Assembly: GCA_963707505.1 (NCBI GenBank)
Contig: CAVPQB010000003.1
Location: 1-64,000, forward strand
Source of the DNA: an uncultured Gemmatimonadales bacterium
GTDB lineage: Bacteria > Gemmatimonadota > Gemmatimonadetes > Gemmatimonadales > Gemmatimonadaceae
DNA length: 64,000 nt
Direction of reading: 5' to 3'
Below the pieces are notes generated by a model. It was not told where the DNA came from. It worked only from the letters and a program-made list of their open reading frames with translations, and did no database searches. The translations under genes were made by a program, and so were the position numbers. Below are positions 10,213 to 20,046 of the stretch, one piece after another; within the stretch, counting starts at the first letter, position 1, and every line of letters starts with the position of its first letter.

Positions 10213-11078
10213 CATCTTCGCGCTATCACTCCGCCCGCCGAGCACTCCAGTAGCCCCTGAATTTCCAGCTGCGTGAGCGCGGCGAGGCAACGGCTTGCGG
10301 GCCAGCCAGTGCGCGTGATGATCTCGTCTGCGCTGGCAGCTGCGTGTTGCGCGACGGCGTCCCATACCGTTGCCTCATCGCCACCCAGGGAGAGCGGTAC
10401 GCGTGCATTCGCGGCGCGGTCAGATCCGCAAGCGCGAGTGCGTCGTCGATGCTGGCGATGACCTGAGCGCCATCGCGCAGCAGCTGATTGCGCGCCTGCG
10501 CTCTGTGGCGAGTCGATCGGTCCCGGCACGGCGGCGACGTTGCGGCCGAAATCTCCGGCGTATCCCGCGGTGATCAGCGCTCCACTCCTGGCACCTGCTT
10601 CGACGACGATCGTCAAACGGCAGAGCCCCGCGATGATACGGTTGCGCCGCGGGAAACATCCCTGAAAGGTCCCCGTGCCCGGGGCGAATTCCGACAGCAC
10701 GACCCCATGTTCTGCGATCTCGTCGTGCAGCGCGGCGTGCGAGCGCGGATATACGATGTCGATTCCCGTGCCGAGCACGGCCGCGGTCGCACCGCCGCAT
10801 TCCAGCGCGGCGCGGTGCGCGATTGCGTCGACGCCGAACGCCATGCCGCTCACGATGCACGCGCCGGCCGACGCGAGCGCGCTCGACAGCTCACGTGCGA
10901 CACGCTCGCCGTATGCCGTTGGGTGGCGGCTACCGACTATCGCGACGCATGGCTGCGCGAGCACGCCAATGTCACCCGTGTAGTGCAGCGATTTGGGAGG
11001 CGACGAAATCGTGGTGAGCTCTGGCGGCCACTCATCCTCGTCGGGACGCGCGATCCTGAACGTGTGGCGCAGACTCAC
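10212..11078 (-). CDS. dprA: DNA-processing protein DprA (Smf)
   Basis: VAIVGSR, IVSGMAFGVDAIAH, FPRRNRIIAG, VVEAGARSGALITA and a C-terminal winged helix; GTG overlaps the obgE stop. Confidence 0.93.
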   Translation of the reverse strand: MSLRHTFRIARPDEDEWPPELTTISSPPKSLHYTGDIGVLAQPCVAIVGSRHPTAYGERVARELSSALASAGACIVSGMAFGVDAIAHRAALECGGATAAVLGTGIDIVYPRSHAALHDEIAEHGVVLSEFAPGTGTFQGCFPRRNRIIAGLCRLTIVVEAGARSGALITAGYAGDFGRNVAAVPGPIDSPQSAGAQSAAARWRSGHRQHRRRTRACGSDRAANARVPLSLGGDEATVWDAVAQHAAASADEIITRTGWPASRCLAALTQLEIQGLLECSAGGVIARR

Positions 11079-12097
11079 GGAAGTGGTGCGACCGTCTCGC
11101 TCGGCTTTGCTGCTTCTACCTTGAGACGGAGCAGTTCGCTCCACCACGCTGCGAGGAGCGGCGACAAGCCTTCGCGATCGGCTGCGCTGATCGACAGAAC
11201 GCCGAACGCGTCGGGTGCTTCGATCGGTGGAACGTACTGTTCGCCGAGGAGATCCATCTTGGTGAACACGACGCAGTGCGGCTTGGCTGCGAGCTCCTCG
11301 CTGTACTTCGCAACTTCGGCGCGCAGCTGATCGTACTCCGCCTGCCAGTCCATCGCGTCGATTGGAATCAGGAACGCGAGAATGCGCGTACGCTCGATGT
11401 GCCGCAGGAACTGAAGGCCGAGTCCTCGTCCCTCGTGCGCGCCTTCGATGATGCCGGGGATGTCGGCGACGACGAAGGTGCGGTGGTCGCACAGCTGCAC
11501 GACGCCGAGATTCGGCTGAAGCGTCGTGAACGGATAGTCGGCGATTTTGGGGCGCGCGGCGGAGATCACCGACAGCAGCGTGGACTTGCCGGCGTTCGGT
11601 TGTCCGACGAGTCCGACGTCGGCGATGAGCTTGAGCTCGAGCTCGAGCGTGCGCTCCTCGCCGTCCTCGCCCGGCTGCCACTCGCGCGGCGACTGATGCG
11701 TCGCGGTGGCGAAGAATGCGTTGCCCTTTCCGCCACGCCCGCCCTTCGCGACGATGAATTCCTCACCGTCGTCGAGAACTTCGCCGAGAATCTCGCCAGT
11801 ATCCGCGTCGCGCACGATCGTGCCTGGCGGCACGGGCATGAAGATGTCCTCGCCGCTCTTGCCCGTCTTGTTGGATCCCATGCCGTGCTCGCCACGCTCG
11901 GCCGCCCACTCGTCGCGATACGTGTAGTCGAGCAGCGTGGCGAGGTTGGAGTCACCGCGCACGATCACGTCGCCGCCGCGGCCGCCGTCGCCGCCATCCG
12001 GGCCGCCCATGGGTACGAGACTTTCACGCCGGAACGACTGGCATCCGGAACCGCCCGTGCCCGCTATCGCGCGGACCGTCACCTTGTCTATGAACAT
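11075..12097 (-). CDS. obgE: GTPase ObgE/CgtA
   Basis: GGPDGGDGGRGG, GQPNAGKSTLL, YPFTT, DIPG, TKMD. Confidence 0.97.
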   Translation of the reverse strand: MFIDKVTVRAIAGTGGSGCQSFRRESLVPMGGPDGGDGGRGGDVIVRGDSNLATLLDYTYRDEWAAERGEHGMGSNKTGKSGEDIFMPVPPGTIVRDADTGEILGEVLDDGEEFIVAKGGRGGKGNAFFATATHQSPREWQPGEDGEERTLELELKLIADVGLVGQPNAGKSTLLSVISAARPKIADYPFTTLQPNLGVVQLCDHRTFVVADIPGIIEGAHEGRGLGLQFLRHIERTRILAFLIPIDAMDWQAEYDQLRAEVAKYSEELAAKPHCVVFTKMDLLGEQYVPPIEAPDAFGVLSISAADREGLSPLLAAWWSELLRLKVEAAKPSETVAPLP

Positions 12098-12099
12098 CG

Positions 12100-12735
12100 T
12101 CAGCTCTCCTTGATTCGATTCAATTCTTCACGCGCCGCGGCGAGTGCCTCGCGCGAGACGATGTCGGTCAACGCCGATAACGTCAGTGCCAGATCATCCG
12201 GCGTTGCGCCACAGTTGAGCGCACCGCGCAGGTGCGACTTGAGCTGCGGGGTCTGTTCCGAGGCGGCACACGCGGCGACGATGCACAGCTCCCGTTGTAC
12301 CAACGTCATTCCAGGCCGCGAGAGAACCTTTCCGTATCCGTCCATCACCATCCATGCGTCCAGCGCGGGATGCAGACGTCCCACCGCCTGGCGCAGCGCG
12401 TCGTACTTGTTGCCGTAAACCGTTCGGCACGCTTCCTCGCCCTGCAGGCGGTAGACATCAGGCGGTGGTGCCATGGTCGCAGCATCGTCCGCCGGAGCCG
12501 GCTCGCCGGTTACCTCGCGCCAGACACGCATCGAGTTAAGCGCGCGCGGGAACCCCGCGAACAAGTACGATTGCAGCAAAACCTCGTCCACCGCGCGCAC
12601 CGACGCGACGCCGACGGCTTCCACCATCACGCGTCGCGTGAACGCCAGTGGCGCGCCCGCAACGGCCGCGGAGATACGAACGAGCGCACGCATCGAGTCG
12701 CTGAACAGCGTCTCGTGTTCAATGTTGGATTCCAT
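12100..12735 (-). CDS. Carboxymuconolactone decarboxylase (CMD/AhpD-like) family protein
   Basis: LQSYLFAGFPRALN; YGKVLSRPGMTLVQRELCIVA; QLKSHLRGALNCGAT. Confidence 0.85.
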   Translation of the reverse strand: MESNIEHETLFSDSMRALVRISAAVAGAPLAFTRRVMVEAVGVASVRAVDEVLLQSYLFAGFPRALNSMRVWREVTGEPAPADDAATMAPPPDVYRLQGEEACRTVYGNKYDALRQAVGRLHPALDAWMVMDGYGKVLSRPGMTLVQRELCIVAACAASEQTPQLKSHLRGALNCGATPDDLALTLSALTDIVSREALAAAREELNRIKES

Positions 12736-12792
12736 AATGTGAACGATACGTCAAGTCACGCACTGCGCCACGGCGCATCTGTGCGCGACGAA

Positions 12793-13791
12793 TCAGATCA
12801 TTGCGCGAACGACTATCTCGCCCACGACCTCGTGGCGAGTATCGCGTACCGGCTTGCGAGCAATTTCGGCAAGCCGTTGTGGCAATGGATCAGGCAAGGC
12901 ACCAAGGTGCTGCAACAGCGCCAGCAGTGCGGGATACTGCGCACGAGACGCTCCGTCCTCGACCTTGAGCGCTATCCCGATTCCGTCGCTCACGATCGCC
13001 GCGGAATGCACACCCTCCGCGCCGATCTTGCAGAGGACACCGGGCGCCTCGCTCATCACCACCGTGTCGAACCGATCAGTCCCACCAACAAGGAAGGGGT
13101 TGCAGATCATCGAGGTGCCGATACGCGCAGGAACTTCATCGCCCCTGTCCATCGCCGCCGCAAACCGCGCGAAGGCGCGCGCCATGGCCTCGAGGCTGAT
13201 GCCGAACACCGGGACACCGCAGCCGTCACGCGCGATCCTGATCTGCGAGCGACTGGTGCCGGTCCAGTTCTCGATCGTTTGTACAATGGCCTGCTGCACC
13301 GGGTGGTCGAGATGATCATACCCTGCGGTGGGCCAGCCGGCGGTCTGGGCACAAGCAAGCATCGCCGCGTGCTTGCCGGAGCAGTTGTTGTGAAGCCGGG
13401 TCGTCCGGCCGCCCGATTCGCGCAACAGACGCTGTCCGCGCTGAGCCAGTGGCTCCGCAGCGCCGCATGCAAGATCACCCTCTTCCAGCCCCAGGTCGCT
13501 CAGCATCCGCTCGGCGATCGCGACATGTTCCGGCTCACCACCGTGCGACGCGCAGGCCAACGCGATCTCGTCTGCGCCCCAACCCAGCTCATCCAGATGG
13601 CCCGAGGTCATGAACGGAATGAGCTGGAACGGCTTGGCGCACGAGCGCCAGTACGTCTCCAGCTCCGGATTCCGGGCGTAGCCGATCAGGGTATCGTCCG
13701 CGACGATCGCGGCGGAAACGTGATGGACCGATTCCGCCGCGCTCCCGCGCGTGACGACTACATCGATATCATAGGAAGCGGCAGGACTCAC
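12793..13791 (-). CDS. L-asparaginase II (Rhizobium etli-type, class 3)
   Basis: RSCAKPFQ, CASHGGE, NNCSGKH, DGCG and KIGAEG motifs. Confidence 0.9.
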   Translation of the reverse strand: MSPAASYDIDVVVTRGSAAESVHHVSAAIVADDTLIGYARNPELETYWRSCAKPFQLIPFMTSGHLDELGWGADEIALACASHGGEPEHVAIAERMLSDLGLEEGDLACGAAEPLAQRGQRLLRESGGRTTRLHNNCSGKHAAMLACAQTAGWPTAGYDHLDHPVQQAIVQTIENWTGTSRSQIRIARDGCGVPVFGISLEAMARAFARFAAAMDRGDEVPARIGTSMICNPFLVGGTDRFDTVVMSEAPGVLCKIGAEGVHSAAIVSDGIGIALKVEDGASRAQYPALLALLQHLGALPDPLPQRLAEIARKPVRDTRHEVVGEIVVRAMI

Positions 13792-13794
13792 CCC

Positions 13795-14772
13795 TTAAAA
13801 TATCTTGATCGCTCCCTTGGTGTAGCGTTTCGGGTTCTTCTTGACGTCGGCGAGGATCTCGTTCAGGTGCTGGACGGCCTGGACCATCTGATTGTACAGG
13901 GTGGTATCGCTCAGGAGCTTGGATGCGGTTCCGTTGCCCTTGCTCAGCGATGCAACCAGCGTATCTGCGTGCGCGGTGACCGTCACGAGGTTGCTGTACA
14001 GCGAGTCATCCTGAAGCAGCTTTCCGGCCGTTCCCCTGCCCGAATTGAGCCTCGTCATGAGCGAATCGACCTGGCTGACCATCTGGGTGAGGTTGGTATA
14101 AAGCTGTGGGTCATCCAGGAGCCTGCCCACGGTGCCGTCCGGATTCTGAAGCCGCTTGAGAAGAGCGCTGGTCGATGCGAGCGTGGCGTTGAGCCTGTCG
14201 TACAGCCCGCGATCGGTGAGCAGCTTGCCGACGGTTCCGTTACCGCGCGCAACCGATTGGGTGAGTCCGCGCAGATCGTGCGTGAGACCGGCAACGTCGG
14301 TGAGTACGGCCGCAGCGCGCTGAATCATCACGTCGTATCCGATGGACGGTCCAAGCACCAGAGTATCGCCTTCGTGCAATGGGCGAAAGCGCGGCGTACC
14401 TGGCGTGATGTCGAAGAAGCGATCGCCGAGCAGACCCTGGTTGCGGAGCATGACGCGCGAGTCCATGCGTACCTGTTGCTGCAGAGCCTCATCGATCTGC
14501 ACTGTGATCTTGAGATTGCGTGTCGTGTCGTTGTCCACGGGCAGGAACTCGATCTTGCTGATGGAGCCGGCAAGCTGGCCCGCGACGGTCACCTGTCCTC
14601 CCTCACGCAGCCCGCTTGCGTTGGGCACGAATGCATAGAGCGAATACCGGCGCGTGAACAGTCGCGCTGCCTCGCCGAGCCGGATGATTGCGTACGTGAG
14701 TATTGCTAGCGCGACGATCGCGAGTGCAGCGACACGCAACGCATCCCTGGTGATGATCTCGGAGCGTCTCAT
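13795..14772 (-). CDS. mlaD: MlaD/MCE family protein with a helical repeat extension
   Basis: N-terminal TM helix, ASGLREGGQVTVAG...G, GLLGDRFFDITPG, then four GTxGKLL repeats. Confidence 0.9.
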   Translation of the reverse strand: MRRSEIITRDALRVAALAIVALAILTYAIIRLGEAARLFTRRYSLYAFVPNASGLREGGQVTVAGQLAGSISKIEFLPVDNDTTRNLKITVQIDEALQQQVRMDSRVMLRNQGLLGDRFFDITPGTPRFRPLHEGDTLVLGPSIGYDVMIQRAAAVLTDVAGLTHDLRGLTQSVARGNGTVGKLLTDRGLYDRLNATLASTSALLKRLQNPDGTVGRLLDDPQLYTNLTQMVSQVDSLMTRLNSGRGTAGKLLQDDSLYSNLVTVTAHADTLVASLSKGNGTASKLLSDTTLYNQMVQAVQHLNEILADVKKNPKRYTKGAIKIF

Positions 14773-15618
14773 TCAGTAACCGCCGAGGAAGGTCTGGATG
14801 TACTCATCGTCCGACGCAGCCATCTCTTCGGGCGATCCGAAGAATACGATGTGTCGGTCGTGCAGCAGCGCGATCTTGCTTGCCATGCGAAATGCGGATC
14901 GGATGTCGTGCGAGACGACGACGCTCGTGACGTGCAGCTCGCGCTGCAACTTCATTATGAGCCTCGTGATGATGCCGGTCGTCAGCGGATCGAGGCCCGA
15001 GGTCGGCTCGTCGTAGAGCATGATCCCCGGATTGGCCGCCATTCCGCGCGCGATGCCGACGCGCTTCTGCATGCCGCCCGACAGCTCCGAGGGAGCGAGT
15101 TTCATCACCTGGTCGGGATCGAGGTCGACGAAGTCGAGCTTCTCGCGCACGCGCTCGCCGATCTCGTCGTCGCTGAGATCGGTGTGCTCGCGCAGCGGAT
15201 ATGCGACGTTCTCGAACACCGTCATCGAGTCGAAGAGCGCCGCGCCCTGGAAGACCATCCCCATGTTCTGGCGAATCCTGAGCGCCTCTTCGTAGGTCAG
15301 CTTTTCTATGTCCTTCCCGCCGACGCAGACCTCGCCGCGATCCGGGACGAGCAGGCGAAGGATCAGCTTGAGGATGGTCGATTTGCCGGTGCCCGATTCG
15401 CCGACGACCGTGACCGTCTCGCCCTTGTGCGCGGCGAACGATACGTCCTCGAGGATCGGGCGGTCGAAGGCGAGCCAGACGTGACGCAGCTCGATGACCG
15501 GCGTGTCCTGCAGCGGCGACGAGGTGTCCTGCTCCTCGTCAGCCTGAATCGCGTCGCGGATCGCGGCGCGCACGCGGTCCGTCTGTATCGCGTCCTCATC
15601 CTCGTCGCGATCGGTCAT
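14773..15618 (-). CDS. mlaF: MlaF-type ABC transporter ATP-binding protein
   Basis: GESGTGKS, FQGAALFDSM, LSGGMQKRV, YDEPTSGLDP; ATG at 15618 overlaps the mlaE stop. Confidence 0.92.
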   Translation of the reverse strand: MTDRDEDEDAIQTDRVRAAIRDAIQADEEQDTSSPLQDTPVIELRHVWLAFDRPILEDVSFAAHKGETVTVVGESGTGKSTILKLILRLLVPDRGEVCVGGKDIEKLTYEEALRIRQNMGMVFQGAALFDSMTVFENVAYPLREHTDLSDDEIGERVREKLDFVDLDPDQVMKLAPSELSGGMQKRVGIARGMAANPGIMLYDEPTSGLDPLTTGIITRLIMKLQRELHVTSVVVSHDIRSAFRMASKIALLHDRHIVFFGSPEEMAASDDEYIQTFLGGY

Positions 15619-16424
15619 GACGGCAACACCGCAAGCAGCATCTGCGTGAGGAAGTAGTCGATGACGAGAATGAGAATGCTCGCCGTCACGACGGTGCGCG
15701 TCGTGGAAACGCCGACTCCCTCTGTGCCGCCGGTGGTCCGAAGTCCGAAGTAGCAGGCGGTGATCGAGATGATGCCGCCGAACACGAACGGCTTGATCAG
15801 ACCCTGCACGAAGTCGTTCGGGATGATGCGCAGGATGAAGCCGCCGGACGCGATCTGCTCCCAGACGGTGCGCCAGTAGAGCGACGTGGGAAGCTGCCGA
15901 TAGAACTTCGCGATGACGTTTCCGCCGACGATTCCCGCAACGTCGTTGATCACGGTGAGTACGGGGAGCATCATGAGCGCCGCGAGCAGACGCGGCGTGA
16001 CGAGCTTCTTGATCGGATCGGTGCCGAGCGTGTTGAGCGCGTCGATCTGCTCGGTGACGCGCATGGAGCCGATCTGCGCCGCGATGCCCGAGCCGACGCG
16101 TCCGGCGACCATGAGGCCGGCGAGCACGGGACCGAGCTCGCGGATCATCGACGCCGTGACGAGGCGGCCGATGTACATCGTCGCGCCGAAGCGCTGCATC
16201 TGCACCGCGGACTGGAGCGCCAGCACCATCCCGGTGAAGAATCCGGTAAGAAGGACGATGCCGAGCGACTGGACGCCGATCGCGTCCATCTGCTGGATCA
16301 CGTCGTCGCGATAGAACGGCGGGACGAAGATGAAGCGGATGGCGTTCCATGCAAGGATGAAAGCCTCCTGCAGGGAGAGGACTTTCTTGCGGGCCGCAGC
16401 GTTGATTCGTTCTAGTAAGGCCAT
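15615..16424 (-). CDS. mlaE: MlaE-type ABC transporter permease
   Basis: RELGPVLAGLMVAGRVGSGIAAQIGSMRVTEQIDAL and GTEGVGVSTT. Confidence 0.93.
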   Translation of the reverse strand: MALLERINAAARKKVLSLQEAFILAWNAIRFIFVPPFYRDDVIQQMDAIGVQSLGIVLLTGFFTGMVLALQSAVQMQRFGATMYIGRLVTASMIRELGPVLAGLMVAGRVGSGIAAQIGSMRVTEQIDALNTLGTDPIKKLVTPRLLAALMMLPVLTVINDVAGIVGGNVIAKFYRQLPTSLYWRTVWEQIASGGFILRIIPNDFVQGLIKPFVFGGIISITACYFGLRTTGGTEGVGVSTTRTVVTASILILVIDYFLTQMLLAVLPS

Positions 16425-16529
16425 CCGCTCCGTCAGAGGGCAAGGGACATGCCGACCGTAACTCGCCCGAATGCAGCTGGCGTGGGGTGTCCTTTGCCCA
16501 TCCCCGGCAAAGGGCTAGCTTGGTAAGCG

Positions 16530-17552
16530 ATGATCGAGACAATTCAGCGCCAGAGGCTCGTTGCACTGCTCGAATCGGCGAAAAGATATCATGTGGCGGT
16601 GGCGGGCGACGCCATGCTCGACGTGTATCTGGTCGGCGACGTCGAGCGAATCTCGCCGGAGGCGCCGGTTCCCGTAGTTCGCGTTCGGGAGCGCCGCCAC
16701 GCCCTGGGCGGCGCCGCCAACGTCGCGCAGAACGTCCTCGCACTCGGCGCATCCTGCAGCATGGTCTGCACTGTCGGCTCGGACGCGGCAGGCAGAGAAC
16801 TCACGAATATGCTGCAATGTGCCGGCGCGACTGTGACCGGGGTACTCCCGAGCTCCAAGCCGACGACGACCAAGACTCGAATCGTCGCGCGGGCGCAGCA
16901 GCTGGTGCGAGTTGACGAGGAGGACGATGTCGACGCTGACGGCGCCGACACCGAAGCGTTGATCGAGGCTGTTCGAACAACTGTTCGAGACGCCGATGCA
17001 CTCGTTCTGGAAGACTACAACAAGGGAGTTCTGGCGCCAGCGGTAATCCGGGCTGCCATGGAGGCCGCGCTGGCGAAGGGAATTCCAGTGGTCGTGGATC
17101 CCAAGTTCCGAAATTTCTTCGAGTTTCGCGGGGCGACCGTATTCAAGCCGAACCGGCGGGAGCTGGAGTCAGCGGTCGGAGCGACGCTGGACATCGGCTC
17201 CCCTGCGGCGCTTCCGGCGACCTGCGCGCGACTGGGCGTCGAGCATCTGCTCCTCACGCTCGGCGAGCATGGCATGGTACTCGTATCGGCGGACGGTGAA
17301 GTCGGACGCATTCCCACGACGGCGCGCGAAGTGTACGACGTGGTGGGAGCGGGCGACACGGTGACCGCGTATCTCGCCACGATGCTGGCAGCGGGTGCCA
17401 CCGCGTCGGAGGCGGCGGTCATCGCGAATTTCGCGGCTGGCGTCGAAGTCGGAAAGCTGGGCGCGGCTACGGTCGGCGTCGAGGAAGTGCTCGACGCATA
17501 CGACGCATACGACGCGTTCAACAGCACAACCACACAACAGACCATCAATTGA
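16530..17552 (+). CDS. rfaE1: D-glycero-beta-D-manno-heptose-7-phosphate kinase (RfaE domain I / HldA)
   Basis: GDAMLDVY...RISPEAPVPVV, GGAANVA, DYNKG, KPNRRE, DVVGAGDTV; kinase domain only. Confidence 0.9.
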   Translation: MIETIQRQRLVALLESAKRYHVAVAGDAMLDVYLVGDVERISPEAPVPVVRVRERRHALGGAANVAQNVLALGASCSMVCTVGSDAAGRELTNMLQCAGATVTGVLPSSKPTTTKTRIVARAQQLVRVDEEDDVDADGADTEALIEAVRTTVRDADALVLEDYNKGVLAPAVIRAAMEAALAKGIPVVVDPKFRNFFEFRGATVFKPNRRELESAVGATLDIGSPAALPATCARLGVEHLLLTLGEHGMVLVSADGEVGRIPTTAREVYDVVGAGDTVTAYLATMLAAGATASEAAVIANFAAGVEVGKLGAATVGVEEVLDAYDAYDAFNSTTTQQTIN

Positions 17553-19099
17553 AAAGTTTCACACGTGCGATTGCGATCGTTCTCGTTGCCGCTGCGTCGC
17601 TTGCGCTACCGCGATCGGCACGCGCACAGGCGTCGCTGTACGTCCCACTGGACGACATCGCATATCGATTCGCAGACGCACTGATCGCGCGCGGCGAGCT
17701 GCGCGGGGTGTCGCTGCTCGAGCGTCCCTACACGGCAGCGCAGATGTCCGCCGGCGCGGATACGGCACTTTCACACACGCATTCGGCGGTGATCCGATCA
17801 TACGCGATTGCGCTGCGAACCGCGCTCGAGCGTTACGCAGTCAACGCAGCCGGCGCAACGACATCGGCGGATCAGCCGGCGTTCATAGCGAACGCCGACG
17901 TATTCAGCACCGCGCAGACATCGGGCCAGCGCGAGCTGATGCTGGCCGACACGAACCACAGCGTTACAGGCGGCGCGGGATTCCGGCTTGCGATGGTTGC
18001 GGGTCCCGTTGCGGCGATGATTCATCCGATCATCGACAACAGGCTCAATCACGACCCGGATTTCGCGGGCAAGCAGGACCGCGCGATCGCCGGCCGCACT
18101 GAAGATGCCTACTTGAGCGGACAGTGGAAGTACGGAACGTTGTTCGCCGGAAGAATGGCGCGGAACTGGGGCCCGTCGTCGTTGCAGGGATTGCAGCTCG
18201 GGAGCGCGCCGTACACGTATGATCAGTTGTACACACAGATCGGCACCGATCGCATTCACATGTCGGCGCTTGCGACACGACTGGACGATGATTTCCAGCC
18301 GGATGGCGTGTACGCACGGTACTTCTATACTCACCGTCTGTCAGTCAGATGGCGCGACCTGGAAGTCGGTACGTCGGAGGGATATCTCGCCTATGGTATC
18401 GGGCGATCGTACGATCCGTCACTGCTCAATCCGCTCAATATCTACGCGCTGTCGTGGCGCAATGAGCACGTTTCTGGCAATCTCACGATCGGCGGGACTG
18501 TTGCACTCCGAACCGGCAGGTTTGGTAATTACTCGGCGGAGCTGCTGCTCGGCAATCGACAGATCGATTCATGTCCTACACTCGCATGTCAGGAGCCTGC
18601 ATCGTACGGATACTCGGCGACCGCGGAAGGCATTCCATTCCTTGGCGATCAGCGCCTGTTCGCGTCGTACTCGCGCCTGTCGGCGCTGGCGTATCGCGGA
18701 AAGGAAGGACCGGCTGCGCAGTACGCGAGCCTCGGTGTTGGGCTCGGGCAGCCGTTCAGTGATTACGACGAGGTGAAGGCCGGCGTGGATCTCGCACTCG
18801 TGCCATACACAACGGTGAGATTGTATGGCGCATTCAGGCGGCAGGGACAGGGAGATTTTCATCTTCCTTTTCCGACGCCGGCACAGTATTCCACAACGCC
18901 CGGATTTCTGGATGGCGTGGTGGAGCGTACAGCGCGAGTTGGAGTGGAAGGCGGTGGAATGATCGCACCCGGCGTCGAATTGACGGGAGACGTCGGCGTG
19001 AACCACAGCACGAACTCGGATCATCTGATCGGCGTGACGCGGAACGAGATTGCGGCGCGGGCGCGGTTCCAGTGGACTCCGAAGGGGATGACTTTCTAG
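17549..19099 (+). CDS. Secreted outer-membrane protein, capsule assembly Wzi-like (copy 1)
   Basis: Signal peptide (ARAQA), FAGRMARNWGP motif, alternating beta-strand pattern, terminal F. Confidence 0.6.
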   Translation: MKSFTRAIAIVLVAAASLALPRSARAQASLYVPLDDIAYRFADALIARGELRGVSLLERPYTAAQMSAGADTALSHTHSAVIRSYAIALRTALERYAVNAAGATTSADQPAFIANADVFSTAQTSGQRELMLADTNHSVTGGAGFRLAMVAGPVAAMIHPIIDNRLNHDPDFAGKQDRAIAGRTEDAYLSGQWKYGTLFAGRMARNWGPSSLQGLQLGSAPYTYDQLYTQIGTDRIHMSALATRLDDDFQPDGVYARYFYTHRLSVRWRDLEVGTSEGYLAYGIGRSYDPSLLNPLNIYALSWRNEHVSGNLTIGGTVALRTGRFGNYSAELLLGNRQIDSCPTLACQEPASYGYSATAEGIPFLGDQRLFASYSRLSALAYRGKEGPAAQYASLGVGLGQPFSDYDEVKAGVDLALVPYTTVRLYGAFRRQGQGDFHLPFPTPAQYSTTPGFLDGVVERTARVGVEGGGMIAPGVELTGDVGVNHSTNSDHLIGVTRNEIAARARFQWTPKGMTF

Positions 19100-19124
19100 C
19101 GCGGCGCGCAGATCATCGCACACT

Positions 19125-19862
19125 TTACCCGGCGACTTTCGTTCTCGACAACACCACGTTGTTGGAGTAATACTCGTAGCGCGTTGGCAGCAGGAAGTTG
19201 AGTAGCAGCGCCAGAAGGTTGAGTGGAAAGATGAACAACAACTGGAATACCACCTTCGACACGAACCTGTTCTTCGGGAATACGTAACGGCTCAGATATG
19301 CGATGAAGATCTGAGCCAGCGCCAGGATGTACGTTGTCGTTTTTCTCATCTCGAGCACGTCGAAAGCGTTGCGCTCGAGAACCGACTTGATGCCGAAGCT
19401 GGTGTATCTGGCGAAGTCGTACGGGATTTCATGCTCGTCCCATGCGAACGGGATCGAAAGCAGCAGATGGCCACCGGGTTTGATGACCCGCCTGATCTCA
19501 GTGAGCAGCTCGTCGATATTGAACACGTGCTCGAAGACTTCGAAGCACACGGCGGCGTCGAAATGGTTATCTGGAAATGGCAGCGTCTTTCCGTCGTAAT
19601 AGACGTCGATTCTGCTGTCCTTGTGATCGTGCCCGGAAACCTGAACGTCGACGCCGACATAGCTGGAAGCATTGACGAACAGTGACTCGTACGGCTTGGA
19701 GCCGCATCCAAAATCGAGAATGTCGCCGCTCAATCGCGGGGCGAGGCTTGAAATATTCCGGTAGAGTCCGTCGCGGATGAAATAGACCGGACTTATGACT
19801 ATGCCCAGCGGTGATGTTATAAAAGCTTCACGACGGAGTCGATTTACAAGTTTTTCAAACAT
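19125..19862 (-). CDS. Class I SAM-dependent methyltransferase
   Basis: ILDFGCGSKPY, LPFPDNHFD, EVFEHV, KPGG; noticeably AT-richer than its neighbours. Confidence 0.9.
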   Translation of the reverse strand: MFEKLVNRLRREAFITSPLGIVISPVYFIRDGLYRNISSLAPRLSGDILDFGCGSKPYESLFVNASSYVGVDVQVSGHDHKDSRIDVYYDGKTLPFPDNHFDAAVCFEVFEHVFNIDELLTEIRRVIKPGGHLLLSIPFAWDEHEIPYDFARYTSFGIKSVLERNAFDVLEMRKTTTYILALAQIFIAYLSRYVFPKNRFVSKVVFQLLFIFPLNLLALLLNFLLPTRYEYYSNNVVLSRTKVAG

Positions 19863-19974
19863 GGCGAAGTATAGCTCTACGAGTTTCTTCCACCGGAGCC
19901 CAGTGGCGCCCGCGCAAAACTCCCAGTAATTTGGTCGGAAGAAAGCTGCAGTCTACTTTTGACATCAGTAGGAC

Positions 19975-20046
19975 GGGGCAGAAGCTCAACGGTCGAGCAG
20001 TCGGCTCATAACCGTCAGGAAGTGGGTTCAACTCCCACCTGCCCTA
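19975..20046 (+). tRNA. Atypical tRNA with CAT anticodon (elongator Met or Ile2)
   Basis: Cloverleaf: acceptor GGGGCAG/CTGCCCT, D-arm GCTC/GAGC, anticodon arm GTCGG-CTCATAA-CCGTC, T-arm GTGGG-TTCAACT-CCCAC, discriminator A; no encoded CCA. Confidence 0.8.

Noticed and set aside
1..10600. Mass pseudogenisation or programmed frameshifting of dnaJ, hrcA, hemW, dprA and the left-hand genes
   Set aside because: Indels cluster by region, hit conserved housekeeping genes and leave the motifs intact, which fits low-coverage long-read error.
10212..11681. 489-aa DprA with a long N-terminal extension
   Set aside because: The extension overlaps obgE in another frame; the GTG at 11078 is coupled to the obgE stop.
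12232..14709. 825-aa plus-strand ORF
   Set aside because: Antisense shadow of the CMD, asparaginase and mlaD genes in GC-rich DNA; no recognisable motifs.
14773..16752. 659-aa extended ABC ATPase
   Set aside because: The upstream part is an off-frame read through mlaE; the real start is the ATG at 15618.
17493..17519. 9-bp tandem repeat (DAYDAYDAF)
   Set aside because: Short in-frame duplication in a C-terminal tail with no evident function.
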